34,941 nucleotides of DNA, from positions 1 through 34,941 of the forward strand of contig JBAQUF010000007.1 of the NCBI GenBank assembly GCA_049297375.1, written 5' to 3'. Every line of letters begins with the position of its first letter. Position 1 is the first letter of the stretch. The translations under genes were made by a program, and so were the position numbers. Below, in pieces: positions 8,208-17,003 of this stretch. Under the pieces are notes generated by a model. That model was not told where the DNA came from. It searched no databases and saw only the letters and a program-made list of their open reading frames with translations. The stretch comes from Patescibacteria group bacterium (GTDB lineage Bacteria > Patescibacteriota > WWE3 > UBA101185 > UBA10185).

Positions 8208-8810
8208 CTACTTCTTCTTTGGACCCATTATTTTATCCACTATTCCATATTTTATGGATTCATTTGCATCCATCCAATAGTCTCTATCTATATCACTCTT
8301 TACCTTATCTAGTTTTTGATTTGTTTCTTTAGCTATTGCTTCTGCATATTGATCCCTAAGTTTTAACATATGTTTTGCAGTAATTTCAACATCACTTGCT
8401 TGTCCTTCTATTCCACCAATAACTTGATGAATCATGGTGTGAGATCCAGGAAGTGCATACCTCTTTCCCTTTGTTCCTGCAGATAATATCAATGCCCCAG
8501 CTGATGCGGCAAGGCCAACGTTTATTGCTACCACGTCATTCTTAATGTGTTTTATTGTGTCATACATTGCAATTCCAGCATATACTTCTCCTCCAGGAGA
8601 GTTAATATAGACACTAATATCTTTATCCGGATTTTCACTTTCTAAAAAAAGCATTTGAGCAATAAAAGTATTTGCTACTCCCATATCAATAGGTCCTGTA
8701 ACAAATACAACAAAATCCTTTAACAATCTGGAATAAATATCATAAGATCTTTCCATTCCATTTTGATCCTTTTCTATAACTATTGGAACTAAGGTATTAT
8801 TTATGCTCAT
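8208..8810 (-). CDS. clpP: ATP-dependent Clp protease proteolytic subunit
   Basis: Catalytic triad context: GLAASAGALI (Ser), MIHQ (His), DRDYWM (Asp). I prefer the ATG at 8810 (MSINNTLVPIV...) over 8837, because AAGGAG sits 9 nt upstream of it and the N-terminus then matches typical ClpP length. Confidence 0.92.
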   Translation of the reverse strand: MSINNTLVPIVIEKDQNGMERSYDIYSRLLKDFVVFVTGPIDMGVANTFIAQMLFLESENPDKDISVYINSPGGEVYAGIAMYDTIKHIKNDVVAINVGLAASAGALILSAGTKGKRYALPGSHTMIHQVIGGIEGQASDVEITAKHMLKLRDQYAEAIAKETNQKLDKVKSDIDRDYWMDANESIKYGIVDKIMGPKKK

Positions 8811-9699
8811 GGTGTTTTTCTCCTTCAGTTTCTTCAATTAATTTATTTATCAATTTATTCTTTTGAAGAATAGTTTTAATATAAAGCTTTTGCATAGGAT
8901 CATTTAAGCTTTCGCCAATGCTTTTATCCCCTACTGCATTTATCATATCATCAATTTCTTTGTCAGTAACTTCAATCTTTTCCTCTTTTATTAAGTGAGA
9001 TAACACAAACTCTGCTTTAATATTCTTAATAGACATTTCATCATATTCTTTTCTTAATGATTCTGCAGTTTTGTTTTGAGCTTTCAAATAATTTTCTACA
9101 GATAAGTTTATTGATCTTAACTGATCCATAAGCCTTGCCATTACCCTATCTGTTTCTTCTTCAATTAGCATGTCTGCTATTTCAACATCACTTTCTTTAA
9201 GAAGAATATCTATTATTTCATTTGCCCCCATGTGAACATGAGATTCTTCTATTTTTTCTCCTTTTTTAAGCTTTTCTAACTTCTCTTTATCATTCTTTTC
9301 TGTTTTATCTTTGTAGTATTCTTTTAATGCCTTTTTATAATTTTTTATCTTTACTTCCGGTCTTACTGCAAATACTGCACTAAATTCAAAATCTTTTTCT
9401 AAATCAAATTCTTTTATTTCTACTTTAGGATTTGATACCGGCATTAATAGATTTTCTTTTAATGCTTGTGGGTAGTAGGTTTGAAGTAAGTCATTTATTG
9501 CTTCTCCATAAAGACTTGATACTCCAAGTTTGTCTTTTACCATTTCTTTTGGTGCTGTTCCTTTTCTAAAGCCTTCTATTTCAGTGTTTTTTACTGCCTC
9601 AGTTAAGATTTTTTCATAAGACTCTTTCACCTTTTCTTTTTCCAAAGTAACGGTCAATTTTATAGTAGATTTTGGTAGTTTTTCTATTTTAGTTTTCAT
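8797..9699 (-). CDS. tig: trigger factor, short form lacking the PPIase domain
   Basis: 300 aa. The N-terminal ribosome-binding domain carries the GFRKGTAP signature. A Lys/Glu-rich linker then runs directly into the C-terminal arm domain. No FKBP-type segment is present. Confidence 0.85.
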   Translation of the reverse strand: MKTKIEKLPKSTIKLTVTLEKEKVKESYEKILTEAVKNTEIEGFRKGTAPKEMVKDKLGVSSLYGEAINDLLQTYYPQALKENLLMPVSNPKVEIKEFDLEKDFEFSAVFAVRPEVKIKNYKKALKEYYKDKTEKNDKEKLEKLKKGEKIEESHVHMGANEIIDILLKESDVEIADMLIEEETDRVMARLMDQLRSINLSVENYLKAQNKTAESLRKEYDEMSIKNIKAEFVLSHLIKEEKIEVTDKEIDDMINAVGDKSIGESLNDPMQKLYIKTILQKNKLINKLIEETEGEKHHEHK

Positions 9700-9706
9700 A
9701 GCTTAG

Positions 9707-10813
9707 TTATTTTATCACACCTGAGCCTATACAAAGACTTTCCAAGTAAAAGACAGCAAATTGACCAGGTGTTACTGAAGTTTGTGGTGATTTAAAAAGT
9801 AAATTATAACTTCTATCTTTTTTATAAATCAAAGTAGCTTTAGAAGTTTTTGCTTGGTATCTAATCTTTACATTAACATCTAACTTCTTTTTGTATAGTT
9901 TATCATTTGAGAAATAAACATTAGTTAATTTAACTTCTTTGGTTTGTAAATCACTTAATTTCTTTGAAACAACTAAAACATTCTTTTTAGCATCTTTTAA
10001 AACTACAAAATAAGGACCTCCTGAAAGACCAATACCTTTTCTTTGACCTATTGTATAATGCTGAAGACCTATATGAGTTCCTAATATCTTTCCCTTTGTA
10101 TCTACAATATTTCCTTTCTTTCCTCCCACTTCCTTTTCTAAGAAATTATTCATTGAATCTTCAGATACAAAACAAAAATCTTGAGATTGAGCTAATTTCA
10201 AATAAAAATCTAAATCTTCTTTTTCTGCTATTTTATAAACTTCTTCCTTGGTTAAGTCTCCAAGAGGAAACATTATTCTTTCTAAATATTCTTGGGGTAG
10301 TAAACTTAAGTAGTATGTTTGATCCTTCTTTTTATCCTTCGGTAGAGAAATAAAACGGCTACTATACTTTTTACTCTTTGTTATCTTTGCATAATGTCCC
10401 GTTGATACATATTTTATTCCTTGAGAGTTTGCATAGTTTATCAATTCCTTAAATTTTGTTTCTCTGTTGCAGATCATACAAGGATTGGGAGTTTGGGATT
10501 TTTTTAAGGTTTCTACAAAATAGTTAATAACTGTATCTTGAAATTGTTTTGAAATATCTAGGGTTACATGTTTACAACCATACTTCTTGCAAATCTTTTT
10601 TGCAGTTAAGATTGATTCAGTGCTACAGCATATATTTTCCTTTTGTTTATTGGATTTATCTTGCCAGACACAGTATTTAAGAGAAACTCCAATGGGATCC
10701 CAACCATTCTTCTTTAAAAGGATTAGCGCAATTGACGAATCAACTCCGCCAGACATTCCAACAATAATCCTCTGACCATTTCCTTTAGCTATTCCCTTTG
10801 ATTCTCTATCCAT
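9707..10813 (-). CDS. mnmA: tRNA-specific 2-thiouridylase
   Basis: 368 aa with PP-loop VGMSGGVDSS, conserved Cys residues (PNPCMICN; DFCF) and a C-terminal beta-barrel region. It overlaps the iscU stop by 25 nt. Confidence 0.92.
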   Translation of the reverse strand: MDRESKGIAKGNGQRIIVGMSGGVDSSIALILLKKNGWDPIGVSLKYCVWQDKSNKQKENICCSTESILTAKKICKKYGCKHVTLDISKQFQDTVINYFVETLKKSQTPNPCMICNRETKFKELINYANSQGIKYVSTGHYAKITKSKKYSSRFISLPKDKKKDQTYYLSLLPQEYLERIMFPLGDLTKEEVYKIAEKEDLDFYLKLAQSQDFCFVSEDSMNNFLEKEVGGKKGNIVDTKGKILGTHIGLQHYTIGQRKGIGLSGGPYFVVLKDAKKNVLVVSKKLSDLQTKEVKLTNVYFSNDKLYKKKLDVNVKIRYQAKTSKATLIYKKDRSYNLLFKSPQTSVTPGQFAVFYLESLCIGSGVIK

Positions 10814-11271
10814 TCTTCGTACCTTTCTTCAAGTTCCTCATTATGTAATGTGATAGACAAGTGTTTTTCTTCTAGATCTGGAGATATCTTTTTCTTCTTC
10901 TTTTTTAGATAGTCATATACTGCTTCAGCTAAAGCTTCTGTAGCAAGAACAGAACAGTGTATTTTTATTGGAGGAAGTCCGTCTAAAGATTCAATTATAC
11001 TTTTGTTAGTTACTTTTAGTGCTTCTTCTATAGTTTTTCCTTTAACCATTTCTGTAATTGCACTGCTTGTTGCAATGGCAGCGACGCATCCAAATGTTTG
11101 GAATTTAATGTTTGTGATTACTTCTTCTCCTTTTACCTTTCCCACTTTTATATACAGGTACATCATATCTCCGCATGCAAGATTACCTACCTTTCCTACC
11201 CCATCAGCATCTTTTATCTTGCCTAAGTTTTTTGGTTTATGAAAATATCTTAATACTTTTTCTGTATACAT
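10789..11271 (-). CDS. iscU: Fe-S cluster assembly scaffold (IscU/NifU N-terminal type) with charged C-terminal extension
   Basis: 160 aa with three scaffold cysteines in context (NLACGDMM, FGCVAAIATSS, IHCSVLA). Confidence 0.88.
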   Translation of the reverse strand: MYTEKVLRYFHKPKNLGKIKDADGVGKVGNLACGDMMYLYIKVGKVKGEEVITNIKFQTFGCVAAIATSSAITEMVKGKTIEEALKVTNKSIIESLDGLPPIKIHCSVLATEALAEAVYDYLKKKKKKISPDLEEKHLSITLHNEELEERYEEWIENQRE

Positions 11272-11283
11272 ACCTTAATTATA

Positions 11284-12468
11284 TTAGCAATTTTTTAAAT
11301 TCATTGGAGAAATGGCTCTTAGTTTTTTAACTGCTTTAGGAAGGACATCTAAAAGATAACTAATGTCTTTTTCTGTAGTATATCTTCCAAGTGTTATTCT
11401 TACTGTTCCTTGGGCTTCTTTCTTTTCTATTCCACATGCAAGAAGTACATGAGACGACTCAAGCTTAGGTGATGAACATGCAGATACAGTTGATACTTCT
11501 ATTCCTTTATCATCTAGTTCCATCATTAAAGCCTCTCCCTCTATGAAATCAAATCTCATATTTATATTATTTGATAACCTTTTTGTTGGGTGTCCGTTTA
11601 AGTGTGAGCTTGGAACTTTCTTGAGTATTGTCTTTATTACTTTATCTCTAAGTTTAGTTAATCTTTTATCTTCTATTTTCATTTCTTTAATACATATTTC
11701 AAGAGCTTTAGAAAAACCAACTATTGCCGGAACATTTACTGTTGAAGATCTTTTACCTCTTTCATGGTCACCACCATGAAGTAGTGGTTCAATGTTTACT
11801 CCACTTCTAATATATAAAAGTGCAGATCCTTTTGGTCCATATATTTTATGAGAAGATGCTGTTAGTAAATCTACATTTAAATCTTTAACATCTAAGGGCA
11901 TTTTTCCAAAGCTTTGAGAAGCATCTGTATGGAATAAAACACCTTTTTCTTTGCAAATCTTTCCTATTTCTTTTATTGGCTCTATGGTTCCTATTTCATT
12001 ATTTGAGTGCATGACGGAGACCAAGATTGTTTCTTTGTTTATTAATTTCTTAACTTTATCTATATTCACTATCCCATCTTTATTTACAGAGGCATGTACT
12101 ATTTCAAATCCTTGGGTTGATAGCCATTTAGAACTATTTAATACACAATCATGTTCTATTGAAGATACTATTATTCTTTTTCCTTTGTTTTTATTTGCAA
12201 AAGCTACTCCTTTTAATGCCCAGTTGTTGCTTTCTGTAGCTGATGAGGTGAAATAGACCTCGTTTGGTAAGCAATTTAAGTACTTAGACATCGTATTTCT
12301 AGCCTTTTCTACAGCTAAATTAGCCTCACTACCCATAGAATGGATAGAAGATGAGTTTCCATACTTTTTATTAAAATATGGCAGCATAGAGGTAACTACA
12401 GCTTTACCCATAGGAGTTGTAGCTGCATAGTCTAAATATATTCTTTTAGATGTCTTTTTTGTTTTCAT
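11284..12468 (-). CDS. iscS: cysteine desulfurase (IscS/NifS class)
   Basis: 394 aa with PLP-lysine motif SSHKIYGPKG and active-site Cys loop VSACSS. It lies directly upstream of iscU. Confidence 0.92.
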   Translation of the reverse strand: MKTKKTSKRIYLDYAATTPMGKAVVTSMLPYFNKKYGNSSSIHSMGSEANLAVEKARNTMSKYLNCLPNEVYFTSSATESNNWALKGVAFANKNKGKRIIVSSIEHDCVLNSSKWLSTQGFEIVHASVNKDGIVNIDKVKKLINKETILVSVMHSNNEIGTIEPIKEIGKICKEKGVLFHTDASQSFGKMPLDVKDLNVDLLTASSHKIYGPKGSALLYIRSGVNIEPLLHGGDHERGKRSSTVNVPAIVGFSKALEICIKEMKIEDKRLTKLRDKVIKTILKKVPSSHLNGHPTKRLSNNINMRFDFIEGEALMMELDDKGIEVSTVSACSSPKLESSHVLLACGIEKKEAQGTVRITLGRYTTEKDISYLLDVLPKAVKKLRAISPMNLKNC

Positions 12469-12561
12469 ATCGAGGATATTGTATCACAGTATGTGAGTTT
12501 AAGGGCTATATGTTAAGAGGGGTAGGCCTTACTATTTATGATAAATTATTGGATGCGTAAC

Positions 12562-14790
12562 CTATCTTATGTTGTACCAACCATAAGGGAATCTGCTTAA
12601 TGAAACAGGCGTACTGTTATCTCCATCTTTGCAATGGTTTATTGGTTTTATAATTATCTTCTGCCAGCTTTGTACATTTGCTAAAAACTCATGTCCATCG
12701 TTTAATGTCCCAGAAATCTTCCAAGGATAATTTCCTGTTCCATCATCTATCTTTATATCCACTTTATCTGCTTCATATTGTGTCCAAGTTAAATTGATTC
12801 CACTTACTTCATCTTCTATAGCAGGAGTTAAAAGTATCCATGTGGTTTCTGGGGGTTTCTGGTAGTGGCATCTAGTATCTTTATGTATAGTGTTGTCATC
12901 CGAGCTATCATCTTGAAACTCAAATACCTCAATTCTATTATTAACAGGGTCTGCAACATAGAGGACTCCGTTACTGTCAACAGTCATGTTTGCTGCGCCG
13001 TGATTATATGCATCCAAGTCACTTCCACCTATACCAAAATAACCCCCAACGGAACTTCCTCCTCCTCCCTCAGGAAAAGAATTGACAAAGCTATCATCAC
13101 TACCAAAAGTTTGTATTCTATAGTTATCTTTATCAGCAACATATACCTGTGGGCTATCGTCTATATTCTTTGTAGCTATTGAAACTGGGGAATCAAATTC
13201 TCCATCACCGCTTCCGTAACTACCGAATTCTGCAACAAAGTTAGTGCTAGGAAGTGCAAATTTTTGAATACGATTATTCCCAGTATCAGCAACATAAGCA
13301 ACTGCCTGCGATTGGTCAACCCAAACATCCTCAGGGCTTTCAAATTGACCTTCTCCACTACCCTGATCTCCCCATGAAGCTTCTAGCCCACCATCAGGAT
13401 TAAAAACTTGTATACGGTGGTTTCCTGTATCAGCCACAAATATATTATCCTCACCGCTTACTGAAATACCCGTGGGGTTACTAAGATTGTCGTCTCCAGA
13501 ACCTAAAGAACCCCATTCAAGAGTAAAACCCCCACCTGAATCAAATTTTTGAATTCTGTTATTTCCTGAGTCTGTTACATAGACATTACCTCCGCTGTCT
13601 ACGGTTATGTCCGTAGGGCCGTCGAACTCACCAGGTTCTGAACCACTCGACCCCCATTCCACTACAAATGTTCCATCACTCTCAAATTTTTGAATCCTAT
13701 TGTTGCCAGTGTCAGCGACGTAAACATACATGTCACCATTTCTGGTAGTGGCAACACCTTTAGGCGAATCAAATTCGCCTTCGTCGGAACCTGCACCGGT
13801 GAGCTCTTCAAGACCTACAAAAGCAGAATCAAAGATTTGTATCATTTTGTTGCCCGAATCCATTACTATAATGTTTCCTGAAACTGAATTTATAGCAATT
13901 CCCTTTGGAGTATTAAAATGTCCATTACCTGTACCTGTTGAGCCAAATTGGATTATGAAATCGCCATCAGGATCAAATTTTTGAAATCGGTCAAGAGTTG
14001 AATCGGTGACATATACATTTCCGTCAGAGTCTCCAGCAATTCTTGAAGGTTCTTGAAACTGACTTTCGCCATTGCCTGTTGTACCAAATTCACCAATATA
14101 AGTGCCACTAGAGTTTATTATTTGAACTCTATCGTTTCCTTGATCCACCACATACGCCTCCCCTAGGTTATTGATAATAACATCATTTGGTGCATTAAAT
14201 TGAACATTTCCAGTTCCAGATTCTCCAAACTGACTTGAAAAATTTCCTTCATTGTCAAAGATTTGAATTCTATTGTTTCCAGTATCCACGACCCAAACAT
14301 TATCAAGTGTATCTACAGCAATTCCCATGGGATTTGTAAACTGGCTAGGGCCACTTCCTGATGTACCCCATGTAGCGAGAAGTGTGAACCCATTATCTGT
14401 ATATTTTCTAACTCTGTTATTTCCTGTGTCCAAAACGTACACATCCCCAACACTATCTACAGCAACATCTGCTGGAGAATCGAGTCCCCAATCCCCTCCA
14501 CCTGGTCCTCCCCAAGAGGTATCGGTATTACCATCCGCATCTAACCGCAATATTCTATTATTACCGGTATCAGCAATATATGTATATTGATCATCCTGAC
14601 TTAGTGCTATTCCATCAGCTTGATATACGTTTAGGGGTTTTTCTGGTATAGAAAATGAGAAAGTAGGAGCTGCTTCTGCAAACGCAAACTGACTAAAGTT
14701 TGAAACAATAAGAAGAAAGGATATTATTCCTGTGAAAAATTTCTTTGTAGTGTTTAATGAGCATTTAAATCCGCGCTTCTCAATCACCAC
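12562..14790 (-). CDS. secreted NHL-repeat protein (12 repeats, two predicted six-bladed propellers) with a distinct C-terminal domain
   Basis: 742 aa with a signal-like N-terminus (FFTGIISFLLIVSNFSQFAFAEA). There are twelve recurrences of [YFW]V.D.GNNR[IV]Q.F about 45 aa apart, and a C-terminal ~120 aa non-repeat domain. Only a GTG start is available (14790 or 14787) and there is no SD. The gene is visibly G+C-richer than its neighbours. Confidence 0.85.
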   Translation of the reverse strand: MVIEKRGFKCSLNTTKKFFTGIISFLLIVSNFSQFAFAEAAPTFSFSIPEKPLNVYQADGIALSQDDQYTYIADTGNNRILRLDADGNTDTSWGGPGGGDWGLDSPADVAVDSVGDVYVLDTGNNRVRKYTDNGFTLLATWGTSGSGPSQFTNPMGIAVDTLDNVWVVDTGNNRIQIFDNEGNFSSQFGESGTGNVQFNAPNDVIINNLGEAYVVDQGNDRVQIINSSGTYIGEFGTTGNGESQFQEPSRIAGDSDGNVYVTDSTLDRFQKFDPDGDFIIQFGSTGTGNGHFNTPKGIAINSVSGNIIVMDSGNKMIQIFDSAFVGLEELTGAGSDEGEFDSPKGVATTRNGDMYVYVADTGNNRIQKFESDGTFVVEWGSSGSEPGEFDGPTDITVDSGGNVYVTDSGNNRIQKFDSGGGFTLEWGSLGSGDDNLSNPTGISVSGEDNIFVADTGNHRIQVFNPDGGLEASWGDQGSGEGQFESPEDVWVDQSQAVAYVADTGNNRIQKFALPSTNFVAEFGSYGSGDGEFDSPVSIATKNIDDSPQVYVADKDNYRIQTFGSDDSFVNSFPEGGGGSSVGGYFGIGGSDLDAYNHGAANMTVDSNGVLYVADPVNNRIEVFEFQDDSSDDNTIHKDTRCHYQKPPETTWILLTPAIEDEVSGINLTWTQYEADKVDIKIDDGTGNYPWKISGTLNDGHEFLANVQSWQKIIIKPINHCKDGDNSTPVSLSRFPYGWYNIR

Positions 14791-14793
14791 TTA

Positions 14794-14822
14794 AGTATAG
14801 TTAGAGAATATTTGTAAAGCAA
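14794..14822 (-). promoter_or_regulatory. candidate promoter of the NHL gene
   Basis: On the - strand: TTGCTT (14822-14817), 17 nt spacer, TATACT (14799-14794). The -10 ends only 3 nt before the GTG GTG start region. The -35 lies inside direct-repeat copy A. Confidence 0.4.
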
Positions 14823-14839
14823 GTGCCATGATGTGCGAA
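14809..14839. repeat. direct repeat copy A flanking the AAA+ ATPase gene
   Basis: tatttgtaaagCAAGTGCcatgATGTGCGAA, compared with copy B at 16068-16100. It abuts the ATPase stop codon. Confidence 0.6.
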
Positions 14840-15973
14840 CTAAGTTTTGGAATATTTCAAAAAATCAAAGTAATTCTCCTTGTTGATAATTTCCAAATGT
14901 GCATTTTTGTATGTTTCAAGCCATTCTTTTTTAGATCCGGTTGCTTTGTTACCCCACTTAAATTCGTAACCGTCTAGATTCCCACCTACTTCTTCAATTA
15001 GATCTATTTCCTTTTGATCGTAAGTTCTCCAAAAATAGTAGTTTGGATGTATATTGCTGTATTCATTTCTTTTAGATCTCTCTATCGTTAAAAAGTTTTC
15101 CCAGAGCATTCCAATGTCATTTCTAGTATTTAAATCATTAAAGTTTGATATCAACGCATTTCTTATGCCGTTATCATAAAAGTAGTACTTACTCATTTTA
15201 CTCACTTCTTTTCTTAAGTTTCTTGCAAAACCATCAAGTCTAAATATCACGAATGCCTTTTCAAGTAAATCTAGGTATCGTGCAACTGTTTTTTTGTCTA
15301 TATCTAAACTGCTTCCCAATTCTGTTAAAGACACCTCTTGTCCTATCTGGAAAGCTATTAGTTTTAATAAATCTCGAATTGTTTTTGAACTTTTCACCAT
15401 GTCAAATGCCAGTATGTCATTTAATAGGTAAGAGTTCTCTATCTCTCTTATTATTTTTTCCTTCTCAACGAGTGTGTCTGCAGTAATAACAGCTGGATAC
15501 GATCCATATATCAAGTAATCCTGCAAGTTGTTTTCAATCTCGTATTGGCTGTTAATAGAAAGTAACTCTATTTGCGATATTGGGTAGATGTTTAAAATGT
15601 TTTTTCTTCCTGTCAGTGACTCTTCAGCTGCATTGGCTAAATCAAAAGATGATGATCCAGTGGCTACTACTTTTATCTTCTCGAAGTTATCTACTATTAG
15701 TTTCAGTGCCCTACCAATGTTTGGTATTTTTTGAGCCTCATCAATGACTAGTAGTTGCGATCCTGTGAACATTTTCTTAAATAAAGGTAAGTCGCATTTT
15801 GACAGGTTGTCCGAGAAATTCAAATCATCTCCTGTATAAAAGAGGTACTTATATTTAGTTTTGGTTAGGTATTCTTTGACTAGGGTGGTTTTACCCACTT
15901 GTCTTGCTCCATATATTATAAGCACCTTGTTTTCTCTTAAGTTACTTTCTATATCTGTAGATCTTTGTATCAT
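14840..15973 (-). CDS. AAA+ ATPase of the AAA_14/DUF4143 (COG1373-like) type
   Basis: 377 aa with Walker A YGARQVGKTTL and Walker B LLVIDEAQ. The C-terminal region has the layout of DUF4143 proteins (winged-helix-like then nuclease-like tail); that assignment is from recall, not alignment. Confidence 0.8.
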   Translation of the reverse strand: MIQRSTDIESNLRENKVLIIYGARQVGKTTLVKEYLTKTKYKYLFYTGDDLNFSDNLSKCDLPLFKKMFTGSQLLVIDEAQKIPNIGRALKLIVDNFEKIKVVATGSSSFDLANAAEESLTGRKNILNIYPISQIELLSINSQYEIENNLQDYLIYGSYPAVITADTLVEKEKIIREIENSYLLNDILAFDMVKSSKTIRDLLKLIAFQIGQEVSLTELGSSLDIDKKTVARYLDLLEKAFVIFRLDGFARNLRKEVSKMSKYYFYDNGIRNALISNFNDLNTRNDIGMLWENFLTIERSKRNEYSNIHPNYYFWRTYDQKEIDLIEEVGGNLDGYEFKWGNKATGSKKEWLETYKNAHLEIINKENYFDFLKYSKT

Positions 15974-15979
15974 GGGTAT

Positions 15980-16008
15980 ATTATAGAAAAATCCCCTAAA
16001 TTAGTCAA
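15980..16008 (-). promoter_or_regulatory. consensus sigma70 promoter 6 nt from the ATPase ATG (leaderless)
   Basis: On the - strand: TTGACT (16008-16003), 17 nt spacer, TATAAT (15985-15980), then ataccc, then ATG at 15973. No SD. A 7-bp palindrome agggagt/actccct (16013-16029) sits just upstream of the -35. Confidence 0.75.
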
Positions 16009-16067
16009 ATACAGGGAGTTATACTCCCTCAATTGAAGAAAACTAACATAAAAATGGTAATCTCACT

Positions 16068-16100
16068 TATATTGTAGGAACAAGTGCTAGAATGTGCGAA
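16068..16100. repeat. direct repeat copy B flanking the AAA+ ATPase gene
   Basis: tatattgtaggaaCAAGTGCtagaATGTGCGAA. About 25 of 33 aligned columns are identical to copy A, including blocks of 7 and 9 nt. Confidence 0.6.
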
Positions 16101-16150
16101 TCACTTCACGGATATGCCCTTCACCTAAAAGTTAACTAACTGCTTCCTCT

Positions 16151-16888
16151 TCAAGTAACAACGTAGGGTCTTGGTTTGTGTAACCCCCCCTCTATAGATA
16201 TCACTTGGCCGTTTATATACGAAGCATCTTCCGAGACTAAAAACCTTATTACTTTAGCTATATCAATCGGCATTGCATTTCTTTTTAAAGGATTCATTCC
16301 TGCTACCTCATCCAAAAATTCTTGTCCCTCCCCCTTTGTCATATTTGTAATTACCCACCCAGGTGCTACTGTATTAACTAAAACCTTTTTCTCTTTAAAC
16401 ATTAATGATAGTGATTTTGTTAAAGAATTTATCCCTATCTTGCTTGCAGCGTAAGCAGCAGTAACCGTACCTCCATAAAGAGCATCGGTTGAGCTCGTCA
16501 TAATAAATCTTCCATTATTTTCCATATTGTCGATAAATATTCTTGCTAAGTAATAATTACCAGAGAAATTTGTAGCTATTGTTTTGTCCCAGATTTGTAT
16601 ATCCTTTTCTATTCCTTTTCCCTCAAAATTTAGTATTCCAGAATTGTTAACTATTGCAAAAATGTTTCTGGAGATTTTTTTATGAAATTCTTCAACTGAT
16701 TCCACATTTGAAATGTCGAATTGTAGTGATTCGAAATTATCATATTTTAGTAAATTATCTACTCTGGTTGGATGTTGAAAATACGTTCCAATCACTGAGT
16801 ACCCCTGCTCTAATAAAAGTTCCGAGGTTTTGTTACCAATACTTCCCGAGGCACCGACTATGATTATAGTTTTGGAAGAATTATCCAT
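16151..16888 (-). CDS. short-chain dehydrogenase/reductase (FabG-like)
   Basis: 245 aa with GASGSIG dinucleotide motif, NNSG, and catalytic YAASK. Confidence 0.88.
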   Translation of the reverse strand: MDNSSKTIIIVGASGSIGNKTSELLLEQGYSVIGTYFQHPTRVDNLLKYDNFESLQFDISNVESVEEFHKKISRNIFAIVNNSGILNFEGKGIEKDIQIWDKTIATNFSGNYYLARIFIDNMENNGRFIMTSSTDALYGGTVTAAYAASKIGINSLTKSLSLMFKEKKVLVNTVAPGWVITNMTKGEGQEFLDEVAGMNPLKRNAMPIDIAKVIRFLVSEDASYINGQVISIEGGLHKPRPYVVT

Positions 16889-16894
16889 GGAAAT

Positions 16895-16903
16895 ATTATA
16901 TCA
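16895..16903 (-). promoter_or_regulatory. extended -10 (TGaTATAAT) 6 nt before the SDR ATG
   Basis: On the - strand: TGATATAAT (16903-16895), then atttcc, then ATG at 16888. No SD. Confidence 0.55.
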
Positions 16904-17003
16904 GTTTGGCAACCATATTTATCTGAAAAAAATTATGTTGGTATATCTGCTAAATATCGTGGTGGAGCACGTTGGTCATGAATACCGTCTTCTCCAGGCT
17001 ATA

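Noticed and set aside
8811-8837. Longer N-terminal extensions from the ORF track (clpP from 8837, 30867 TTG start, 21431 start, 22943 and 17746 TTG starts)
   Set aside because: Internal ATG codons with proper SD spacing, or with signal-anchor N-termini, give products matching family-typical lengths. The extensions add odd, non-conserved residues and deepen overlaps with upstream genes.
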